From Rhynchopus sp. YZ270_cl-10 (Eukaryota), in the NCBI GenBank assembly GCA_964035575.1, contig OZ037846.1:186001-250000 (forward strand): 64,000 nt of DNA, given 5' to 3'. Below, one piece after another: positions 10,576 to 23,261 of the stretch. The translations under genes and the position numbers were made by a program. The stretch's first letter is position 1. The number at the start of each line of letters is the position of its first letter. The notes beneath the pieces are model-generated. The model was not told the origin of the DNA and did not search any database. It saw only the letters and a program-made list of their open reading frames with translations.

Positions 10576-12123
10576 TTTTAAGTATTTTTTTTGAAAACTT
10601 TATGTATCAGGGTAGACACCCCGAGGATGAGCTCCACTATTATATTATATTTTTTGACAAATTGTTGGAGTAGTGCTAGTTGCCTCGTTTTGTGGCCACA
10701 GTCTGGTGCAATCTCCACTTTTATTTTTTTTTTTTATTTGGATACCGCCAAACACTACAATCAGCTAGCTAGCGAGGGTGCTTTTAGGACGGCACAGCTT
10801 TTTAACCCATCCTGAAGAGTGTTTTTTTTTTTTTTTGGCAGATAATGAGAGAAGGGCGAAGTGCTCTGTGGTCACCCCTATAGTCTAATGGTATTGGAAA
10901 TTGATTTTTGTATTTTTTTGAAAAATGAAATGTACCCTATTTGAAAACTTTGATGTTGGATGTCAAAGAAAAAAAGAACGAAGACGAACAAAAAAAGGTC
11001 TGGTACAATGAATTAGCCTCGATCGTACACACAAAGAAAGCATTATGACATGCAGAGAAGTTATTTGGCTTGAAATGTGACGCCCAAACCATGCAGTCAG
11101 TCCTACATCCATTTCGTGGTTTATGTCTTGACACAAAAAGAAAGTGTTGACGCCACCCAGGGACGGCGCAACACGTCTGAAATAGAATGTTCGCGTAGAG
11201 TTGGTGCACACTGTTCCAAGAAACGCAGCCACTGGAACGCATGATCTCGATCGCACGTTGCTTTGGCATCTGCTAGTGCATTTGTATCTGTTGAACAAAA
11301 AAGAAAAGTTGAAAGTGCAAAAACCTCACCGTTCATCAGCGTACGCAGGCACTGAACAAAGAAAACAATTGATACCTGTGCAATACGTCACTTTTGTGAC
11401 ATCTCCACAAAATTTTATTTGTATTTTACATTTTTTTTTTGTTACACGCGTTTTGAAACACCGTCCTACTTTTTTTTCCATAAAACATCCTTACGACATC
11501 TTGTACAGGCCCCCTCCTTTCCATTTTCACTTTTTTTTTGAGAGTTTGGTACTCTTGGGTACCTGAGCGGAAAATGCACTTTCAAACCAACCATTTTGCG
11601 TCGCAGGGCGCAACGCAAGTGGCCATGAAGGTAGAATGATGAAATAAAAATATGTGAACCCCTCTGCAATAGTGGAAGCTAGAACGCTGCGAGGCATCAG
11701 TTAGAACTGTGCACAGAGAGAGAAAGAGACAAACACCTCTCACAAAACCTAAAGAAATATGGTTGCGAGACTTTGAGACAATAAACCTGAGGATGAACTC
11801 CGCTTTCTGTTTTATTTTTTTGTTTTTTTTTGCAAAGTAATCCATGGTGTCCAACCTAAAGACAAACCACATCGACAAAAAAAAAAAAAACACAAAAGGG
11901 CAGACCCTGCACTTCACAACAACAACATCACCTCCCCCCTCCCTCCCCCCCGAATCAAGAAGCCTAACCTGACCAATTCACTGCATCTAACTCAATTTAA
12001 AAAAAAAAATTTATAGTAATAAGCCCATTTGCCACCCCCCCTCCTCCCACCCTCCCACATCCTATTATACCTTTTCGCTTTTCGCGATTCTCCTTTTAAT
12101 AATTTTCCCCCCATTTTTTCCTT

Positions 12124-15100
12124 CTACGGTTTTTCGTACAACATATAGGTGGAGTTGCGTCTGTGCATTCTCACTATCTCTTCCGTATGGCTGTACACAC
12201 AGGGATACTGATGGTACTGCGAGGTAAGAGAGGTCGTTCTGGGGAGCGTGTCAGGGTTGAGGTTCGTTCGTGTGAGGATGCCGACCGCTTGATGCGCTTG
12301 GTTTACTACACAGAGCTGTCTGAGACCGAGGAAGCGGAAGAGCCGGTACGCCTGGCGGAGCGGCGCGCTCTCGAGAACGAAAAACGGGGACAAATTCATG
12401 TAACTCCGGAGGTCCAAAAGAACGTCTTGGTCTATGTCGATTTCACGGCCGTCTCTGCATGCATCTTCCCCTGCGAGCGTTTGCCTCGCTGCGTCTATAG
12501 CATCTAGAAGTTGTTCTTGACAGATCACCCCAACAAAGACCATATCCCCTCTGTCGTTTACTACCGGAAAGGCGTTTTGTTGTGTAGTAAAAGCATGTTG
12601 AATTTCGGCATATCGTGCGATTTTTGGCAAAACCTGAGGTTGTTGCGTCATAACGTCCTTAACCGTTTGCCGTGTGATGCGAGGAGGCATGGATGAAGGG
12701 AGGAATATGACTCCCGTGTTTTTCATTGCGATAGCATAAATGGAAGGTGTAAAACGGTCGCCAATGGATTTGCTAATAACGCAGGCGGTCATGATCGGGA
12801 GGAGGGTGTCGATGTCGTTGGTGAGCTCGACCATGATGGCAGCGAGGGAGATCGTCATGCGCGTGGTGCCGCCGAGAACGGAGGCAGCCCCCACCAAGGC
12901 GTAGAGACCAGGGTCAGCGTCGGAGGAGCCGTGTGTGTGGAGGACTTCTCCGGCAAGACGCCCGAGAATCGCCCCGATGGTCATCGACTGTTGTGGTGAG
13001 GAGGAGGGTTGGGTGGAGGTGGGAGCAAAGCATGTTTGGGCCATCTATGATCGTCTCCGTGAGACACGTAACAGGCTGTGAGAGCTTGTGAGAGTCTATG
13101 AGAGCTTAGTGAGAGCTACTAAAAAAATCTCTCCCCGTTCATAGATTACACAATGTTCCCAGATTCGCGTGATTTTGACCAGAATTTTGGGCACAACAGA
13201 AGGACAAAACTTTAGTGATTTAACGTTTTCGCGTTATCAGCAGGGAGACCCCTGCCACACCGCTGGGGAAAGGTGTGCCTCCCCTTCCTCCCCTTCCTTG
13301 TGGCCAGGAGAGGTGTCTACACCGTGTTGCAAATAAACGATGTGGCAATCCGCGGTCCGCAACAAGGGAAGAAAAAAGACAAAACTGTAGCGTGGGTCTG
13401 ACCATACCGGGATGAAGGCACCTACAGGCACGGCAATGCCAAAGACTGTGGAGGCGAGCACGAAGTATGTGAAGAGAAAGACAATCAGGGCCTCGGGGGA
13501 GAAGTACTTCTCGGTTTGGCGGGAGAAGAGCTGTGTGTGTGTGCATGGGTGTGTTGGTTAAAAGCAGTGGGGGTGGTTCAACAGAGCGGAACATTTGCCC
13601 AAAAAAAAAATGTGTATTTTTGTTCTCCCCAAACCCCAAAAAGATAGTGCAAACTACTCTGGTTCTGTGTTGACATTTTTATTACTGCAATACGCTCCCA
13701 CTATCTAGGAAAACCTCTTTTGAGGCCAAAAAAGGTACATACCTGAGTCAATAAACGCTCTTGTGGGTTGTGCGCGAGGGTTGCCATTTCATTGTACTCA
13801 GTCCCCTCTTCGCATGTCAGACGCACAAAGTGAATTCCGCTTTTGTTAAATTCCTGCCCTGTTGGGATTTCAAGACACCCATAGAACGTCGGCAGCCAGT
13901 AGAACACACTCATCACAAGCATAATCATGATGAAGGCCTCGACCACCTTCCAGCCCTTCCTACCCTTCATGACCCTTTTCCGCAACTTGCTCATCGAAAT
14001 GTGAATGTAATTGTACAACGCGCCAAGCAGCCCTCCCACCACCCCTAGAGCCATGAACAAAGGGATTTCCCATGAAGAAAACTCATGGGTGGGCCCGTCT
14101 GATCCAAAAAGCACCCAACCCTCATCGTGAACAGCAGTCCTGGAGACGAGAAGCGCCATGATGTACCCTCCCACGCAGGCAGCAACGAAGGTTTGAAAGG
14201 TAAGGTTAGGTGACCAATAAGAACTCATTTCCTCAAGGGCAAAGAGGATGGCGCCTATAGGCGCGCCAAAGGCAACGGCAACACCACAGACGGACCCGAT
14301 GATGACGTAGTCTCTTCGTCGTTCTGGTGTGTCCATCGAGCCCCATAAACGCAGCTTTTCCCCGACCAAAACACCGCAAATCTTTTTGCTGTACCCCCGA
14401 GAAAGCCCAGCCCCAATGCACGCACCAATATGCACCATCGGCCCTTCACGTCCAGCAGGGAAGCCTATCCCGAGACACGCCACCATGCCAGTCACCTTAG
14501 CAACGAAGGTGGACATGCTAAAGGAGTCAGGGATTTTGACGCCGTTGAGAAATGCTTTGACCTGGGGGATGCCGGAGCCGGCGGCGCAGGGTTCCCAGTA
14601 TGTGACGGCGGTGGCAACTCCGGTGAGTGAGAGCCAGAAGAGCGAGGAGAAGAGAAATCCTGTACGGGAAAAAATGGGGTTATTGGAACAGAAGAGGGGA
14701 GGGGGTGGGTATTTTTGATAGTAATAAGTAGAAATAAAGTGAAGTTATTAATGCAGGCACCTCCGACTGACCCACGTACGATGCCAGCCATCCGGATGAA
14801 AGCACAAAGTACTCTGTGCCTACAACAGTAGAAATAAAGAGGAGATGGGAGGAGGAGGAGGGGTCAACAGCATCTTGAAAGTTCCGAAGAGAAATGATCG
14901 AAAGAACTGGCTGTTGATGCAGGCACCTCCTACTGACTGTACATCCGGCACAACCCTGTGGCCTACCACAGTAGATGTAAAAAGGAAACCTAAATAATAA
15001 TAAGAAAGGGGAATAGTCAGATTTACCCTACCCTATTTTGAAAAAGTTCAGACTTGCCCGAAAATAAGTTCAGACTTGCCCTAAAAGTGTTTTTAGGGCA

Positions 15101-18100
15101 AGTCTGAACTTATTTCGGGCAAGTCTGAACTTATTTTTAGGGCAAACACTTTTTTTAGGGCAAGTCTGAACTTTTTTGGGGCAAGTCTGAACTTATTTTT
15201 AGGGCAACCCTGAACTTATTTTTAGGGCAAGTTGGGGGCTCTTGGGTCACAGAGCCCGGCGGTCGTCGTTTTTGCGTTTCTGTTTAGGGCACCTAAATTA
15301 TTTTTGGGTACTGGGTACTGGGTACTGGGTACTGGGTACTGGGTACTGGGTACTGGGTACTGGGTACTGGGTACTGGGTACTGGGTACCCAGAACGAAGG
15401 CACCTTGACAGCAGCGAAGGCAAGACAAGGTATGTACCGTGGGGGTAAATACGTAACTTTCTGGTGAATATTCAACAAAATAATTGCGCTTTCTTCGCCC
15501 CAAGGTGTGGCAGAGCCTACTGACTCTGGGCTGACGACAAAAGGGGACATGCCCCCCCCCCGTTTTTTGTAGTAGAACATTTCACAACGACGTTTCAAAG
15601 TATATTATGTATTGCATAATATTATGCTGCTCGGCCCTGAAAGCTGTCGACTCGTATTTCCTCCAAAAAGTCTCCAGAACAATATTTTAAACCCTCAAGC
15701 CAACTTATTTTTTTAAGAATTCACCTTCTTTAATTTCCCCACCACTCACAACTTCACTTTTAAACAGGTATCGCGAGTGCAGCATCGAGAACCAACTGTG
15801 CAGAACGAGCGCATATGCGGTGGAAAGGGTGGTGGGAACACTCTGTCAGTCACTGCTATAGCCATTTAACCCAGGGAGCATAGCTAGTGCAAGAAATTCG
15901 ACTTTGGAAACCTTCCGGAAAGTCTGTCCTCTGCTTACGGAGGACGAGGCACAAGAAAATATTGCGTTCCCCCAGAAAACCAGTGCACAATTCACACTCC
16001 TTGTGGGTGGTCTTGTTGCCTTTTTGTCACAGTAATTTTGGCCCAGGCATGCTCTTGAAGCATGACAATTTAGTGTGTATGGGGCAGGGTGTTGTTTTGT
16101 TCTGAATTCTCTTTGTTATAACATCTAAGTCAATCGCGGGTGGTGGTTTGTGTAGCGTGAGGCACTCTTTTTAGCAAACTTCCTGCGGCTGCTAAAGTGT
16201 TATTTCTTCGGATTTAACAACGTACAGCGTAACATAGTGGTTTAGCCTGGTCGACACAACCTTTGATAGATACGGGATAACCAACCCCCTTCGACCCCTT
16301 GTGGGTTCACTGAACAAGCCCTAGTGGTAGTTAAACGCGATTGACATTTACATTCCTAGAGATGAAAGAACAAGATAACACTTCTGTACCCGCTCATCAA
16401 AATTGTGGAAAACTTTGCACCCCAAACACCCTCAACAACGCCCGCCAAAAGGCGCCCCTTGTTGCTGGGAGTTGGTTCTCATGTTTGATACCTGCACAGC
16501 AGGCATTCCTCTGAGTCCAACGCATGTTTGGCCTGTCTGCGGCGTTGTACTTCAGGTGCACGAAGACAGGGTCTGGTGGTAAATTTTGCGTAGTGTCGCA
16601 TTCCCTCATGTGTGGGTCACTCACACTTGGCGGTCATGTGCCACTGCGTGGGTCTGGGAATTTGGGTACCTGGGTACAGGAAATTTGTTGTGGAAGACAT
16701 CAACCACCATGCATTGAGGAGGGTAAGACAGTGTTCGCAGTTTCTACCTGATAGCATTACAACATTTAACTTCTCCACGGGGGTCTTGGGCCGTTCATTC
16801 GGTTCTACCTTGACTACCGGAAGATATTCTTGAGGCCTTTTTGGTCTCTAGAATATCCGGTCTTCCCGAACGGAGGCACACTTTGTGTGTTACTACGACC
16901 TGGCAATTTCCAGCAGTAGGTTAAGTAATCTTTCTTGTAAATTGTTGGATCATTATCTCCTCAGTGCATGAATGCCCCACGTGACTGGACACTTTTGTGT
17001 TTGTCATGTGGAGCTGTGGTTGCTCTTTCACGACTTTTTTCCTGTTCCTGGGTACCTGTTCCTGGACCTGGGTACCTGGGTACCTGTTCCTGGACCTGGA
17101 CCTGGGTATCTGGGTACCTGGGTACCTGGGTACCTGGGTACCTGGGTACCTGGGTACCTGGGTACCTGGGTACCTGGGTACCCAGCCAAAGTGGCCTGAC
17201 TTGTTGCCCTAAAATAATTTCAAACTTACCCTAAAAATAAGTTCAGACTTGCCCTAAAATAAGTTCAGACTTGCCCTAAAAAAAGTGTTTGCCCTAAAAA
17301 TAAGTTCAGACTTGCCCTAAAAACACTTTTAGGGCAAGTCTGAACTTATTTTCGGGCAAGTCTGAACTTTTTCAAAATAGGGTAGGGTAAGTCTGACTAT
17401 CTCCCAATAAGAAAATATCTTTTGCAAAAAAAGTCACCTCCCACCACATACCTCTTCCTGTTCCGTGCTCGTCTATCGCGGTCTGCACTGTTTCCAGTTT
17501 CCAGTCGTGCATTCCCTTCACCGAGACCACGATTGCATAGTTGGTCACCGCCACCACCGCCGCCGTCAGCAGCGAGAGCAGCCAGGGGAGGAGTGTGTCG
17601 CGCAGGAAGTTGGGGGTCAGCTGTACCCGCGCCATCATCTCGAGAGAGGACTCTCTGTCGTAGTCAATTGATTCATAGTTGTTGTGCGGCAGAGGAGGCG
17701 GCACAGGTATCCCCACACCATCTGCACCAAGCTCATCGTCCTGCGGCAGCAACGGCTGCGGCGGGCACGACGAATTCCTCTCCCCCCTATGCAACGGCGG
17801 CAATGCCGACGGCGGTGTCGACCCCACAGTAGTGTCTCCCTCCGTTCTCTCTCTTGGCAGCATCTGCGGAATCGGGTTTGTTGCCGGCCGTCGTCGTGTC
17901 CCCATTGCAGCAGGGGGAGGGACCCCAAGGTGCTGCTGGTGGGTAGGCTCGGGGGGTGGGCTTGAGAGGCTGGCGCTGCTCAAGGCATCGAGCCCGACGG
18001 TGTCGTTCAGATTGAAGCTAATCCCGTTTCGAATCGGTGCAGCTGCAGGGGGAACGACAGCTTTTGCATTTGAGATTGGAGAATCTGGATCGTCATAACA

Positions 18101-18262
18101 ACTTTCTGTTCGCCCCAACGCATATGACTCAGGTGAGTCGAGGTCGTGCGACGTCAACGTAGGGTCCTTATTCGGCGAGAGCGTCAACGGCGAGCAAGGG
18201 TCCTCCACAAGCGTGTCCGGCCCTGCGTCAGAGGAAGAGTCATTCCCTGAGACATTGGACAT
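12124..18262 (-). CDS. CLC chloride channel/Cl-/H+ antiporter with C-terminal CBS domains, 4 exons
   Basis: Exons 18262-17452, 14659-13743, 13530-13408, 12987-12124 joined by GT-AG introns with consistent phase; motifs GSGIP, GREGP, FALEE, GAFIP, LGGTTRMTISL, SIY; CBS pair; N-terminal YESIDYD as in CLC-6/7-like proteins. Confidence 0.92.
15306..15390. repeat. (GGGTACT)n 7-bp microsatellite inside the MULE-like element
   Basis: 11 units ending in palindrome CTGGGTACCCAG. Confidence 0.95.
17050..17185. repeat. (GGGTACCT)n 8-bp microsatellite inside the MULE-like element
   Basis: 8 perfect units 17112-17175 plus degenerate upstream units, ending in CTGGGTACCCAG. Confidence 0.93.
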
Positions 18263-20371
18263 GAAGGGTTGGAGAGGGGGTGTGTGGTGGTGTTGTGTAG
18301 CGCAGTACACCCAAACCCCAGGTTCCCACTGTGGAGGGTGTTTGATGAGAATAAGGGAGGGGGGGGGGGAAGATAATTATAATATGGAGCAAAAAAAGAG
18401 CCCCAATATATTACTAAACGTGGCATATTTTTGGAGATACACACGGAAATGACAAAAGCAAAGGCGCAGATCATCACGCGTTAGTGAAACTTAAAGCCGC
18501 AACCGATAAAAAAAAAGGCACTTTTGTGTGGCATGCAACCAATCAAGACCTGCAAAATGTGCTGCCAAGGAAGGGGATAAGGCTCAGATAGCGAAGAGGA
18601 AGACAAAACGGCAGAACGAGAAGCTTGGCTGACGGGAAGACCTTGGAGAGTGTCGTAATGTTGAGAGGGTTGGGCGCAGAGATTCTTGCAGAGATTTTTT
18701 CGGTCTTAGTGTAACGAGGACGGCATATTTTGGGACATATCCTCAATTCATAACTCAGAAAGTTTACAAATACTGAGTCCTACACCTTCTGCACCGTGTT
18801 TTAGCCAAGCCATGGCGTGCAAGGGAGTTTCGGGGGAAAGTGAATGAGGGTGTAAGCATTTAGTATGCATCAGGAGAGGCTGCAGCATAATCATAAGGAA
18901 GCCGAAGGAAACACACGAATATTCGCTGCATTGTTCTTTTCAACGCTGTAATGTGAGAAGAACCTCATCAGAGGAATGCGGAAGTGTGTTCCCGGTGTGT
19001 CTCGAATCGCGGAGACCGTGTTGTGTTGATGAAAGCCGCAAACGGGTTTGCAGAATAAGCCAGCGGATTCGCCAACCAGACGTAGACTGTGGGTTTTTTT
19101 TTATACAATAATTGTTCTGTTCAGAGATTCCTCCTGTGATTCGTCTTCAAACCTTTCGGCGCTTTCGAAGCGTCTTCTACACAAGCCTGTTCCAAGTTGT
19201 GCGCATCGACGTAGGAAGGGAGGGAGGGAGGGAGGAGAAAACTGGCAAGGTGGACGTAACTCTCGTGCACACCCTAATACGAAGGTTCGCTTTTTTCGCT
19301 CTCAAAAAACCACTTTTTTTCCCCCCTTTCTTTTGGGATCCCGAACCAAGCTGGCTACGGAAAAAAAAAACGTTTAAAATAGAATCTGACTTCAGGATTG
19401 TGCACCTTTCCTGTCGATTCTATTTCCTCTTTTGCCAAAATGCTTGACACACATAAACACAACTACACCACTACACACAACAACAACAAAGGGCCATATT
19501 CTGCGCAAGAATTACCCTCACTAGGCATCAACTACACAACACCAGTGGCCACAGGGAGGGGGAAACATTGAGCGAAGAACAAAAATAGGACATTCACATT
19601 GAGAGAAACCTACTTACAGTACTCACCTTCGAAAAAAAACAAAAAAAAGGTGAAGTTGATAGTGCAAACGTCCTCTGGGACGCAGGCACTGACCCGGGTT
19701 TACCGAACCCCCCCGGAGTGTTGCGGGACTAAGGGCGGTGTGAGTATGCATTTCCAGAGGTAATGGATACTCGTACAAAAGTATTTTCATTCTTTTCTTT
19801 ACACCGTTTTTTCAACAATTTTTTTGTGTGCGAGTTAGGCACCGCACCACACTATTACTCGAGTAGTGGAGAAAGTGCATTACTGCCAAAAAAAAGAAAA
19901 CACAAAAATTCTAAAAACGGTGTTGAAAGAAGGCTATCTGCATTACTGGGGGGGAGCTATTAAAGTATACGTATACTTTATTCGGCGGGAATTACTGCTT
20001 AAATGGCCAAAAAACGAAAAATGGAAGAAAAAAAAAATCACTGTTATTTTGGGGTTTCTAGTAGCCGAAACCTCGCGAAAACACCACCATTGGCATTTTT
20101 GGGCCAATCCCAGCCAGTGGTGGGGTCAATGTGGAAAAATGAACAATTTTTTGGTGACTTAAATTTTCACAAATCTGAACCCCATCAGCACCAATCGTGT
20201 AAAAACTGATACACGCGTTTTAGGTCAAAAATACTCGTTTCTCAGCGCAAAGTGACCCCATCACAGCACGTACAGAATCCGGACCACCGAAATCAAAAAA
20301 AAAAATTTTTCGATTTTTTGTGCAAAACTTGCTGAAAAATTTTTTTAGTAAGAAAAATGTACACAAAAACC

Positions 20372-21316
20372 GTATCAGTCCTATTCGTGGTCATTTACCC
20401 CCCCCCCTTTGGGTCGGTGAACCGGAAATTTTGGAAATAAGGGGGTAAAATAAGGGGGGGGGGGGGGGGGTAAATGAGGGGGTAAGGGGGGGGGGTAAAT
20501 TACCATGTTATGGGTTAGGTCATGTTTTTGGGTGGGAAGGGGGGACTTTTTCATACACGGTGGGGTAAAATTTTGCACAACACAGTGTGACGACACATGC
20601 TCTCATGACAAATGTGTCATCTGAAAAAAATTCCTCACTTCCTTGCGACATCGCAAGCAGTCATGCATCATGGATCCACATCATCCACATCATCTTTCTG
20701 CCCGTGCCTGAACCATGACTGGTCAGGGATCACGGTGTTGCCTCAGATTCCGTGAGGTGTCCCAAACGTATCGCCCACGCAGCACAAACGTACCCACCTG
20801 CACCCATCTACCTGCACACGTGATGTAAAACAGGGTGAAAGATTATTTGCACTTTACCCCTTTCCTCATTTCGAGCTTGTCTCCAGCTTCAAATCAGACG
20901 AGTCCTACAGTCTCCGGATGTACGACCCGCTGAACACATCAGCCCCTCCCAGCAAACCATAAAACAAAACAGGTATGCGCTGCACTAAGTGAAACTATTA
21001 CCCCATAATTACACGCCAGGTGGTGTTTTGCCACTCGTTCCCTGAACCCCCTCGCTTCGCTCGTGGGTTTAGGTCACTCGTGACAAAACACCACCTGGCG
21101 TGTTGCGGCGATAATTACCCAAAAATTACCTGGTGGCTGGTACTTTACCCCCCCAGGGGGGTAAAGTACCAGCCACAACAGGGTATTATAAGGGGGGGGG
21201 GTAAATTACCATGTTATTTTGGCCTGAACCGTTTTTTTCTGAAAAAGGGGGTAAAATAAGGGGGGGGGGTAAATTTAGGGGGGGGGGGGGTAAATGACCA
21301 CGAATAGGACTGATAC
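20372..21316. mobile_element. Non-autonomous TIR element (TA-flanked)
   Basis: GTATCAGTCCTATTCGTGGTCATTTACCCCCCC ... GGGGGGGTAAATGACCACGAATAGGACTGATAC; GGGGGTAAA subterminal repeats. Confidence 0.75.
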
Positions 21317-21954
21317 TTTATTTCACATATTTCCACGCTCAAAATGGGTTTCCGCACCGTATACTTTATTACCCCCGTATACTTTATTAGCACCGTATAC
21401 TTTATTAGCCCCCCCCCAGTAGGACTCTAATGAAATAGCCAGAAGGCACATGGACAAAAAACTGATGAGAAAAAAAGTTGACTTTGAAATACAAAGCCTG
21501 TGACAATGTACCGGAAAAAAATCTTGTGTTCTCTCAATTCTGCTGAAGAGAAGGAACAATAGGGTGCACTAAATGCACCCAAACTTTTTTTTCGCTTTTT
21601 TGTGGATTGTTTGTTTTTTTTTGTGACGGCCTCGTCACTTAAAAAAAGAAGACGACCAAATGAAAGATGACTACTCTCATTAACACACATACCCAACGGC
21701 ACTCATACAACAAACATCGGTGGGGTACAAACCCTCCTTAGAGTTTTGAAATCCCAAAATTTGCCTTAGTTTTGACCCGTGGTGTAGATTATTTCTCCAG
21801 GGTGGAGTTCCAGGAGCGTGGGTCTCCCCATGTCCACACACCCCATTTTTTTTCGATCGCAATTACTTGTTTTTTTTTTGATAAATTGTTGGAGTAGTGT
21901 AGTTGCCTCGGTTGTGTTGCCACAGTTGTGCAATCTCCACTGTCTGTGGGGTAA

Positions 21955-22064
21955 AATTCATATCGGAACCGAAACTTTGGGGAACCGGGAACCGGGGAAT
22001 CGGTTCCCTGGTTCCCGGTTCCGAAATGACCCGGTTCCCCAAAGTTTCGGTTCCGATGTGAATT
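21955..22064. repeat. ~110-bp hairpin/MITE
   Basis: AATTCATATCGGAACCGAAACTTTGGGGAACCGGG ... CCCGGTTCCCCAAAGTTTCGGTTCCGATGTGAATT. Confidence 0.8.
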
Positions 22065-22106
22065 CTCCGCTTTTTTGTTTTGTTTTGTTTTTTGTTCCTT
22101 TTTTTT

Positions 22107-23261
22107 TCACTCTGCCAGGAGCACGTCTGTTGGCTCGTACATCTCTTCAGGCGGCATGTAGGGTGCGGATGTTGTTTCTTTGGGGTCCTCTTGCTCTTGC
22201 GTTGGTGCAGCGTTCTTTTGCCCAAAGAGCTTGCGGATGATGAACAGAGACACCACAAGGGCGGCAAGGGTACCGCACACCACAGCGACCACAACGTAAA
22301 GCGAGACACCGTCATCTGTATCTTCGACAGGAAGAGTCCGCCACGTGAGCTCGAAGCTTTCTTCTGACAGCCCTTCCGTTGCAGCCACACGCAGCAGCAC
22401 ACACATTTGCTCTGCCTCTGTGTTGGCCATCTCAACCACGTCCCCACGCGTGCCACACCCCACAACCCCACCCATGCCCTGCACCTCCAGCAAGGACCCC
22501 TCAGTAAGCCCTGCAGCAACTGTCGTGAACTGCACCCGCTCAGGTGCCTCGAAACACCAGCACAGCACGCCTGCATAGCCTGTAGAGCTGGTGAGCGACT
22601 TCTTCAGGTGGCGCGCGTCAGATGGCAAGGCAGTGCAGTCCGCAGGGGTGACGGGTGGTGCAGGTGTCGGTGCGGCCGTCGGTGGTGCGGGTGTTGGTGG
22701 CGACGTGGGTGGCATGGGTGTTGGAGGTGGCCGAGTTGTCGGTGCAGGTGTGGGTGCCGATGTTGGTGTTATCAGTACAGGTGCAGGCGTTGGCAGCGCT
22801 GTTGGTGGGGACGGCGTAGGTGGTGCGGGTGTTGGCGACAATGTGGGTATCCCAGTAGGTGCAGGTGTTGGCGGCGCTGCTGTCGGTGCAGGAGTCGGTG
22901 GTGTAGGCGGTGGCAATGTCGGTTCAGATGTTGGCGCAGTTGTCTCTGATATAGGTGCTGTGGGTGCCGATGTGGGCGTTGCAGATGGCACTGCTGTGGG
23001 TGGGCTTGTCTGCAGTGGCGCTACTGTCGGCGCTGCCGTTGGCGCCACTGTGGGCACTCCTGTGGGTACCGCAAGTGGGGCTTCTGTAGGTGCGGCAGTT
23101 GGTGGAGCTGCTGTGGGCACTGTTGTGGGCTCAGCTGTGGGTGACGCCGTCGTTGGCGCAACTGTTTCAACGACACCTGCCTGCGTGTGATAGCCCCCTG
23201 GCAGAAACACCACGAGTATGCAGCAGGACCACCACATCGGTGGCATGGACGCCGACCTCAT
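22107..23261 (-). CDS. Type I membrane protein with Pro/Thr/Ala mucin-like stalk and small Cys-containing (CUB-like?) domain
   Basis: Signal-like segment (MWWSCCILVVFLPG), ~185 aa PTAAPT repeats, C-x-rich ~100-aa domain ending SFELTW, TM VSLYVVVAVVCGTLAALVVSLFII, short tail; start codon choice uncertain. Confidence 0.8.
   Translation of the reverse strand: MRSASMPPMWWSCCILVVFLPGGYHTQAGVVETVAPTTASPTAEPTTVPTAAPPTAAPTEAPLAVPTGVPTVAPTAAPTVAPLQTSPPTAVPSATPTSAPTAPISETTAPTSEPTLPPPTPPTPAPTAAPPTPAPTGIPTLSPTPAPPTPSPPTALPTPAPVLITPTSAPTPAPTTRPPPTPMPPTSPPTPAPPTAAPTPAPPVTPADCTALPSDARHLKKSLTSSTGYAGVLCWCFEAPERVQFTTVAAGLTEGSLLEVQGMGGVVGCGTRGDVVEMANTEAEQMCVLLRVAATEGLSEESFELTWRTLPVEDTDDGVSLYVVVAVVCGTLAALVVSLFIIRKLFGQKNAAPTQEQEDPKETTSAPYMPPEEMYEPTDVLLAE

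Larger units (their letters stand above)
15008..17405. mobile_element. Mutator/MULE-like (Foldback-like) element in CLC intron 1
   Basis: ~200-bp TIRs built from ~21-bp GGGCAAGTCTGAACTTATTTT subrepeats; termini GGGGAATAGTCAG / CTGACTATCTCCC; perfect 9-bp TSD AATAAGAAA (14999-15007, 17406-17414); no intact ORF. Confidence 0.88.

Noticed and set aside
15900..16070. Cys-rich fragments in the MULE core resembling a transposase zinc finger
   Set aside because: Requires frameshifts; cannot be supported without a search
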